A stretch of 64,000 bases of DNA from Candidatus Saccharimonadota bacterium (GTDB taxonomy: Bacteria > Patescibacteriota > Saccharimonadia > Saccharimonadales > UBA4665): assembly GCA_029288425.1 (NCBI GenBank), contig JARIHD010000041.1, positions 6,535 through 70,534 on the forward strand, written 5' to 3'. The notes under the pieces were generated by a model. It saw nothing but the letters and a program-made list of their open reading frames with translations, was not told the origin of the DNA and searched no databases. How positions within the stretch are numbered: the stretch's first letter is position 1; the number at the start of each line of letters is the position of its first letter. This document shows, one piece after another, positions 57,632-64,000 of the stretch. A program made the position numbers and the translations under genes.

Positions 57632-58306
57632 ATGTTCGCCGCCCTTGACCACATCGACCAACTAACCCCGCACGTCAGAACATACTATTTTCGTACCGAA
57701 AAGCCGTATCGTCATGTCGCGGGCGAATTTACCGAAATGCATTTGCCGCACGATGGCATGGACGGCCGCGGTGACCGGCGCTGGTTTACCATATCGAGCG
57801 CACCAACCGACCCGTTGATTGGTATAACGACACGCTTTACGCCTGGACGCAGCAGCAGCTTCAAGCGCGCCCTGCAAAAACTACAGCCCGGTGATGAAGT
57901 GGCCCTCGCTGAATCTATGGGCGACTTCGTGCTCCCCAAAGACAAAACAATCCCCCTTGTTTTTGTGGCCGCCGGCCTCGGCATTACACCCGTGCATAGC
58001 ATCGTCAGTTTCCTATCAGCCAAAAGAGAACGGCGCAGCATCCACCTATTGCGAACAGATGCCGACGCGGCAGAAGAAATCTTTGCTACAGAACTACAGG
58101 CTTATCCTCTCACCTACCAACAATTTCATACCTCTGCCGGGGAACGCATGACCATTACAAATATCCTTCCCGTCGTCCAGGACAACTCATTAATCTACCT
58201 TTCCGGACCGGAGGGCTTCATCAAATCTCTTTCTGCGGGCCTACAAGCAAAAGGAATACCCGTAAAACGAATCATTACCGACCTTTTTCCGGGCTACGCC
58301 CACTAG
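57632..58306 (+). CDS. FNR-like FAD/NAD(P)-binding oxidoreductase
   Basis: RWFTISSAP (RxYS-type FAD motif), VFVAAGLGITP (NAD(P) GxGxxP motif). Confidence 0.8.
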   Translation: MFAALDHIDQLTPHVRTYYFRTEKPYRHVAGEFTEMHLPHDGMDGRGDRRWFTISSAPTDPLIGITTRFTPGRSSSFKRALQKLQPGDEVALAESMGDFVLPKDKTIPLVFVAAGLGITPVHSIVSFLSAKRERRSIHLLRTDADAAEEIFATELQAYPLTYQQFHTSAGERMTITNILPVVQDNSLIYLSGPEGFIKSLSAGLQAKGIPVKRIITDLFPGYAH

Positions 58307-58311
58307 TGCCG

Positions 58312-59553
58312 TCAAAGACAATCACGCAGATGAGTCACCGCATGAACCGGTTTTTGTTTTGCTGCCACCTGGCCCAAAAAACTCATGAAGGCATTCTCAA
58401 AAGCTTCCCAGTCATACCGCCTTATCGCGCATTGACGAAGTTCATAAATAGCACTCTGCATGTGCTGGCAATCCTCTTTCTGCTGAAAGGTTTCTCCGGG
58501 CGTGCATGACAATTTTGCTGCCATATCAAATATTCGTTTTTGTATAGAAAGCTGAAGCGCGCGCTCCGGCCCGATGTCTCCTGGTGCAATATGTACATTT
58601 TCGGATTCGTCGGAATCGAATACTACACCAGCCTGCGATCGAAAAGATTGCAGCGCCCGCTGCATCCTGCCGTGCACCACCGCAGAACTCGCTATTTCCT
58701 CCTTTATATTACTTGCAAAATAACGCACGACATCAATATAGCGAACGCATCCAAACAGAGACAGGCGCCCAAACGAAAAAGCTGGCCACCCGTCCTTGTC
58801 ATACTGCATCGTCATGATGGCGCCCGGCTCAATTCGAACGCCATTTAACAGCACGGGGCGAGCTAACAGCATCGTCTGATCGCCCTTCAGTTTTTGGTAA
58901 CCAATTAGCTGGTCATCTTGTTGAACGCGGGCAAGTTCCGTCGTATGTCTGGATACATTACTTAACAATACTACGAAGTCGTACTCAGCGTAGTCACACA
59001 GCGCTGTTTGGTCATACTGTCGGCGTTCGGCATTCAAGACCTGTCTTGCGCATTCTGGCGGTCGGGCAACGACCGGCAGATACCCTTCCGCTTCCTGTTT
59101 TGGAAAAACGATGTCCTGCAGCATCCGCGTTAGTAGTCGGTAGTACGGGCTGTGTAGACGATTCTCCAGCTCTAATAGCTGTGCCTGAGCAGGCAGCCAG
59201 TCATCAGCCGCGCTTGCGTCATATCCGCGAGGCGCAAATAATTCGGCGGGTTGGCATTCGCCGTTTACGCCTTTACCTATAAGCCTACTAATGCGGCTCA
59301 ATGCGCTCAACCCCCACCTTCGCATCACGATTTTGTCCGATAAGGTCGCCCTGAAATCCTGATTTAGGCGCATACCGGACTCGTCAGCAATCATATAAAA
59401 ATCAACTGCCTGCGTAGTAGCGTCCCAAATATCCGGCGGCATATCCGGCAGGTTGGGCGACCAAAGCGGTACCAACGATTCATCTTGTTGGCGCAAATAA
59501 TCTTCGAAGGTCGAAAATGAATCAAATCTTTCGATAGACGTTCGGGAATACAT
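58312..59553 (-). CDS. hypothetical protein (413 aa) coupled to trxB
   Basis: ATG lies 4 nt after the trxB stop. Cytoplasmic-looking with 8 Cys. No motif recognised. Confidence 0.7.
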   Translation of the reverse strand: MYSRTSIERFDSFSTFEDYLRQQDESLVPLWSPNLPDMPPDIWDATTQAVDFYMIADESGMRLNQDFRATLSDKIVMRRWGLSALSRISRLIGKGVNGECQPAELFAPRGYDASAADDWLPAQAQLLELENRLHSPYYRLLTRMLQDIVFPKQEAEGYLPVVARPPECARQVLNAERRQYDQTALCDYAEYDFVVLLSNVSRHTTELARVQQDDQLIGYQKLKGDQTMLLARPVLLNGVRIEPGAIMTMQYDKDGWPAFSFGRLSLFGCVRYIDVVRYFASNIKEEIASSAVVHGRMQRALQSFRSQAGVVFDSDESENVHIAPGDIGPERALQLSIQKRIFDMAAKLSCTPGETFQQKEDCQHMQSAIYELRQCAIRRYDWEAFENAFMSFLGQVAAKQKPVHAVTHLRDCL

Positions 59554-59557
59554 GCTT

Positions 59558-60520
59558 TTAGGCGTTGTATTTGCGTTCGTGCTCTTCTAGGTACTCGCGG
59601 ATATGCAGTGCGGCGGTTGCGCCCTCACCGGTAGCGGTGGCAATCTGCATGGTTGCACCCGCACGTACATCACCAGCGACAAACACTCCCGGCATTGTCG
59701 TTTCCAGGCGGTCATCGCTTTTTATCATTCCGATCTCATCTACATCTACGCTGCTGTCCTTTAAAAACTCGGTATTCGGACTAAGACCAACAAACACAAA
59801 TACACCATCGGTAGGAAACTCGACTTTTTTACCGGCTACCTTATCAGTCCCAACTACTTTGACGACTTTATTATCCTCGCCAACGATTTCGTCGGTTGTA
59901 GTATTGAAATGAACCGTAATCTTATCCTTGTGCTTGGTTGCGAGTTCGGTTTGCAGAATTTCCGACGCGCGCATTTTGTCGCTGCGTACGAGCAGGTCGA
60001 TATGTGATGCAAAGCGGGTTAAAAACATCGCTTCTTGTACCGCAGAGTTGCCCCCGCCCACCACAACCAGGCGCTTGTCGCGGTAAAATGCGCCGTCACA
60101 GGTGGCACAGTAGTGTACGCCGCGGCCGTAGTATTCTTTTTCGCCGGGCACACCGACCTTTTTGTAGTCGCTGCCGGTGGCTATTAAGATGGCCTTGGCA
60201 TAGATATCGCCACTGGTGGTTTCGAGTTTCTTGTATTTGCCTTCGTCGATAATTTTGGTTACTTCGCCAAGTTCAATCTGCGCACCAAAGCGTTCAGCCT
60301 GTTCTCGTAGTTTGTCGGCATATTCCAAGCCAGCTACTCCTTCGGGAAAACCGGGATAGTTGTCGATCCAGTCGGTCACGGCTGCCAGACCACCGATTAC
60401 ACCGCGCTCAAACAACAACGTCTCAATATCTTCGCGCGTGGTGTAGATAGCTGCTGTCAGCGCAGCCGGCCCAGCCCCCACCATCACAACATCATGAACC
60501 TTGGAAGTTTCGTCGGTCAT
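59558..60520 (-). CDS. trxB: thioredoxin-disulfide reductase
   Basis: GAGPAA, redox-active CATCDG, GGGNSA. Confidence 0.95.
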   Translation of the reverse strand: MTDETSKVHDVVMVGAGPAALTAAIYTTREDIETLLFERGVIGGLAAVTDWIDNYPGFPEGVAGLEYADKLREQAERFGAQIELGEVTKIIDEGKYKKLETTSGDIYAKAILIATGSDYKKVGVPGEKEYYGRGVHYCATCDGAFYRDKRLVVVGGGNSAVQEAMFLTRFASHIDLLVRSDKMRASEILQTELATKHKDKITVHFNTTTDEIVGEDNKVVKVVGTDKVAGKKVEFPTDGVFVFVGLSPNTEFLKDSSVDVDEIGMIKSDDRLETTMPGVFVAGDVRAGATMQIATATGEGATAALHIREYLEEHERKYNA

Positions 60521-60523
60521 AAT

Positions 60524-60775
60524 CTAAGCCGCAATGGCCGAAGCCAATTTAGCGAGGTTGTAGCCTACTACAACTTCTTTGGTGTCATCTTGTTTGGTTA
60601 CAATGGTCACAGGCACGGTAGTTACACCACTCATTGCAGTGGCTTCCGCTTGGCGCTCAGGGTTTTGGTCAAGGTTGACTTCGTCATAGGAAACGCCCTT
60701 TGCCTTCAGGTATTTTTTTACCATAACGCAGTATGCGCATGTGTTGGTAGTAAAGATGGTAACGTTTTTTGGCAT
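60524..60775 (-). CDS. glutaredoxin-like/NrdH-like small redoxin
   Basis: 83 aa. CAYC active site and TVPV motif. GGAGGGG SD. Confidence 0.85.
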   Translation of the reverse strand: MPKNVTIFTTNTCAYCVMVKKYLKAKGVSYDEVNLDQNPERQAEATAMSGVTTVPVTIVTKQDDTKEVVVGYNLAKLASAIAA

Positions 60776-60872
60776 ATCCCCTCCGCACTCGTCACGTTTT
60801 GTTTTTGGTTATGCTTACAATTATATAGCGTCCACGATGCTTAAGCCAGCACCATATATTGTGTTTTTTACG

Positions 60873-61409
60873 TTATTTGCCGATTTTATGCAAAGTCACA
60901 TCGAACACAAGAGCCGCATTTGCCGGAATATCCGCACTTGGCGACTGGGCCCCATACGCCTTTTCGGCCGGAATGATTAAACGCCGCTTGCCACCGACCT
61001 TCATGCCAATCAAGCCCTCTTGCCAGCCCTTAATCACGCCATCCAGAGGAAAGGTCGCCTGCTGGCCGCTGTCGAGCGAGCTTTCAAAAACTTTGCCGGT
61101 TGCAGCAACTGCACCAGTATAATCGACGGTCAATGTGTCGCCGGCCTTAACCTCCTGGCCGTCGCCGGCCTTAAGATCGATAACCTGCAATTCCGCTACG
61201 TCAGCTATGGGAGTAAAATCCTGCATTTGCTTTCCTTTCAATTTGTTAGGGTCATTTTTTTCCGGGACGGTACGTTGAGACGACTGCTTGCTGTCCTTCT
61301 TCTCGGCCATTATCTGCCATATTATGGCCACACTTACACTTAGGGTCGAAAAAGTGAATGCAATCACTACTACCCATGCAAAAACCCGATCTCTTGTTCT
61401 TCTTGCCAT
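60873..61409 (-). CDS. membrane-anchored FKBP-type peptidyl-prolyl isomerase
   Basis: N-terminal TM. YTGAVAATGKVFESS...GVIKGWQEGLIGMKVGGKRRLIIPAEKAYG. Confidence 0.9.
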   Translation of the reverse strand: MARRTRDRVFAWVVVIAFTFSTLSVSVAIIWQIMAEKKDSKQSSQRTVPEKNDPNKLKGKQMQDFTPIADVAELQVIDLKAGDGQEVKAGDTLTVDYTGAVAATGKVFESSLDSGQQATFPLDGVIKGWQEGLIGMKVGGKRRLIIPAEKAYGAQSPSADIPANAALVFDVTLHKIGK

Positions 61410-61515
61410 ACTCCTCTTTACTCCTCTTAAACGAGTGAAAACAAACTAAACAGCCTGCCTTAACCCTCACGTTCTGCATCTATGATAACAAGCTGGGGCT
61501 TAATTTTGTAGGCAA

Positions 61516-62421
61516 TTATTCCGCGACCTGCAGCGCGTATGCAGCCACGTCACACAAACGCCCAGGAGTAAGGCGCCACTGCCACTCTTGGGGCTCTGAC
61601 AGCAAGGCAAAGCGGCCGCCCAAAAGGTCGATGGGCCGTCTGCCTGCACGTGGCTGGTCATTATACCGAAAATTATAGGAGCCCGCAAAATGAACCACAC
61701 CCGAACTATTGACTGTATCTGCCAATAAATCAAAATGGGCTTGCTGTAAGCGATCATCCAGTGCTTTTTGCTCCCGCCAGTACCTGTCATGCCAGTGAGC
61801 TCCAGAGGAACTTCGCGCAAAACCAAAGCGCTTATAGGCTTCTTCTCGTACAATACGAGCCAGCGACGGCCCGAACTGGTCGTGCACCAAATGCGAGGCC
61901 ACAAAATCATACGGCTCTTCGAATTTTGGCACCTTGTCGCATGGGCGGATGCCGGCGAACACATTTGCCGCGCATGATAAATAGGCATGATGACTATCAA
62001 AAGGATGCGCCATCCAAGCCGTAGCCTCGTCGATAATACCAGTGATATCTTGGGCCACAACCTCTACTTTTGACCGCAGCGGCATAGGAAGGCTATCCCG
62101 TGCCTGCAGCGTATACTGAATACTTACGTCAACGAGAGTAGTATGCCCAAAAGAGGCCGCAAGACGTGCGAGCGGAATATCAGCGCAGGTACCGGCACCA
62201 AAGATAATTGCGCGCGCAGTATTGCCTGGCTCCACTCGGTCTAATGCCATTTGAGCAGCAGCTTCTATGGTTTTATGACTGGCTTGAAGGTGATTTTCTC
62301 GTAGCTCGCTAAATTGCGAATGACCGGCATATAGACCATCACTTAGACCGGCAAAAGTTTCACGCGCTACGCGGTGCTCCAGAGGCACGATGCTGCGCTC
62401 CGGCGATTCATTGGTATGCAT
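61516..62421 (-). CDS. hypothetical protein, possible class I SAM-dependent methyltransferase fold
   Basis: AIIFGAGTCAD (motif I-like), TTLVDVS (acidic end of beta-2), VAQDITG. Confidence 0.65.
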   Translation of the reverse strand: MHTNESPERSIVPLEHRVARETFAGLSDGLYAGHSQFSELRENHLQASHKTIEAAAQMALDRVEPGNTARAIIFGAGTCADIPLARLAASFGHTTLVDVSIQYTLQARDSLPMPLRSKVEVVAQDITGIIDEATAWMAHPFDSHHAYLSCAANVFAGIRPCDKVPKFEEPYDFVASHLVHDQFGPSLARIVREEAYKRFGFARSSSGAHWHDRYWREQKALDDRLQQAHFDLLADTVNSSGVVHFAGSYNFRYNDQPRAGRRPIDLLGGRFALLSEPQEWQWRLTPGRLCDVAAYALQVAE

Positions 62422-62452
62422 AATCGACTACTATACCATGGGGGCCAAAGAA

Positions 62453-64000
62453 TTATATGCGTTCGGCCTGTAGTGCGTGCATGGCTTCGCCGGCCACATG
62501 ATCTAACATTTTTGATACTTCACTATCGGTCAGAGTGCGCTCGTAACTCGCCAAGGAGAAACGCAATGTAATTTGTTTGTGCGCCGTATCATGCTGACGT
62601 TGGTATATATCTACGGGCGTTAACAGCGCATGGGTTCTCGGGGACCGAACATCATCCAGTGTCTTTTTTACAAAATCATAGACTGTTTGGTAGGGCGTGT
62701 CGGCCGGAACTTTAAGGCAGATGTCCTGCTCAACTTTAGGGAACCGGGGCAGCTGCACATAACTCGTGGCACCAGCAATATCAACCAGCTCTTGCAAGCC
62801 GATCTCAAAACCAGCGCTACGGGCGGGCAGTTTGAGCACCCTCCTGACACCGGCCTTGAACTCACCGATAATACCAAGGAATACGCCGTCCCGGGTTTGT
62901 ACGAATGCTGAACGCGAAATATCGTACGGACTCATGATAGGTACATCCGGCTCTTCAGAGATTGGCACAAAAACCAGCTCAATACCCAGACGCTGCGCCA
63001 ACTGCATCAAATATGTCCGCGCTTGATAAAATGCCGCGCCTTTTTCGGCATCAACCTGCTTATCGTCGGTCGCATAAACCAACGCAAGCATGTCGAATTC
63101 GCCCGGCAAGTCTTCGTCGTCGCTGACGTGCAACAGGTTATGACCCTTGCCCATCTCATAAAGCGCAAATTCTTTATGGCCGCTCCTCAGGTTTGGGTGC
63201 ACTTTTTCAAGCAAACTTGGCAGCAGACTCATGCGGAAATATTGCAAATCTGGGCTAAGCGCATTGCTAAGCTTAAATGCCTGTTCGGGTTTTTGCCCCA
63301 CCTTTTTTAGAAGATCGCCGTGCACAAAACTGTAGGTCAACAATTCATTTGCGCCCCCGCCGGAAAGTACGGAACGAATATGTGATTTAAGCGTCAGCAG
63401 CGGGTCTTTTTGAACTGGCGTCAGGTCGCGGCCCGGAAGCTCGAGCGGCAAATGGTCAAAACCATACAAGCGACCCACTTCCTCCACGACATCTTCTGGA
63501 ATCGCGATATCAGTGCGCCAAAAAGGAGCTTTTACCGTCAATTCATCGTCGTTTATTTGTACATCAAACTCAACATTGTTCAGCAGGACCGCAATTTCAT
63601 CAATCGGCAGACTAAAGCCAAGACGATCGTTAATAAACTGGCGCGTTACAGTAACGGGCGCATGCAACGACTCCCGCTCCATGATTTCAGCGGAAAGATG
63701 ATTGTCGTCGATTAGTGCACAGGCAACTTTGCCATCCGCCTGTTCCCGGATCGTATCAACGATCTTGGCGACCACCGTTTTGGTTTGCAGCGGGCTCTGG
63801 CCTTTATTGAACCGGGTCACGGCATCGGTAAATAATCCGTGCGCCATAGAAGTGCGCCGAATAGAATACATATCAAAATTGGCAGCCTCGATAATGATAT
63901 TGCGCGTTTGGTCGTCTACTTCCGTGTCCGCGCCGCCCATGATACCACCCACGCCAATCAAACGATCGCGGGTAGCGATCATCATCGCCTCGGCGCGCGG
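62453..64000 (-). CDS. pheT: phenylalanine--tRNA ligase beta subunit (C-terminal about 515 aa; the N-terminus lies beyond the right edge)
   Basis: B3_4 (IGVGGIMGG), B5, core and C-terminal FDX-ACB-like domains. The reading frame stays open to position 64000. Confidence 0.92.
   Translation of the reverse strand, partial: PRAEAMMIATRDRLIGVGGIMGGADTEVDDQTRNIIIEAANFDMYSIRRTSMAHGLFTDAVTRFNKGQSPLQTKTVVAKIVDTIREQADGKVACALIDDNHLSAEIMERESLHAPVTVTRQFINDRLGFSLPIDEIAVLLNNVEFDVQINDDELTVKAPFWRTDIAIPEDVVEEVGRLYGFDHLPLELPGRDLTPVQKDPLLTLKSHIRSVLSGGGANELLTYSFVHGDLLKKVGQKPEQAFKLSNALSPDLQYFRMSLLPSLLEKVHPNLRSGHKEFALYEMGKGHNLLHVSDDEDLPGEFDMLALVYATDDKQVDAEKGAAFYQARTYLMQLAQRLGIELVFVPISEEPDVPIMSPYDISRSAFVQTRDGVFLGIIGEFKAGVRRVLKLPARSAGFEIGLQELVDIAGATSYVQLPRFPKVEQDICLKVPADTPYQTVYDFVKKTLDDVRSPRTHALLTPVDIYQRQHDTAHKQITLRFSLASYERTLTDSEVSKMLDHVAGEAMHALQAERI

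Noticed and set aside
1-64000. Mobile elements, prophage, CRISPR-Cas, restriction-modification or canonical toxin-antitoxin or defence islands.
   Set aside because: No transposase, integrase, recombinase, Cas, methylase/endonuclease pair or repeat array could be recognised in any frame. The window looks like core chromosome.

Overview
This 64 kb window is densely packed (about 60 CDS, many with overlapping or nearly abutting start/stop codons) and reads as core chromosome of a streamlined bacterium. I found no rRNA, tRNA, CRISPR array, transposase, integrase or prophage signature. The gene content (split transketolase, class I FBA, GatCAB, PilB-type ATPase, many orphan genes, roughly 50% GC by eye) fits a Patescibacteria/CPR organism such as Saccharimonadia, but that is an inference, not a demonstration.

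Recognisable genes, in order:
- Left third: tyrS (fragment), PBP1A, the yacL-radA-(HExxH protein)-clpC string, nusA, aminopeptidase N, yraN, rnhB, rplS, an aldose-1-epimerase-like gene and malic enzyme.
- Middle: a PilB/GspE ATPase, trmH, a CAP-domain protein, dnaE, a class A beta-lactamase-fold protein, YtxH/DUF948, galU, NUDIX, gatCAB, uvrB and a LOG/TIGR00725 protein.
- Sugar-phosphate neighbourhood: PfkB kinase, class I FBA, two-subunit transketolase, rpe, rpiB and gap.
- Right end: ppa, NUDIX, GDPD, an FNR-like reductase, the grx-like/trxB pair, FKBP and pheT (partial).

About 20 ORFs have no assignable function.

I do not see a clear-cut novel multi-gene system. The best candidates for follow-up are:
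1. A perfect CIRCE operator in front of clpC.
2. A -10 box placed 6-10 nt upstream of the ATG at about 13 genes, suggesting leaderless transcripts.
3. The tightly packed PfkB-orphan-LOG/SLOG-orphan cluster upstream of uvrB.
4. A 792-aa orphan with a transglutaminase-like Cys-His-Asp core.
5. A diverged tandem pair of orphan paralogs.
6. A 413-aa orphan translationally coupled to grx-trxB.

All functional calls rest on motif recognition by eye. No database search was possible.
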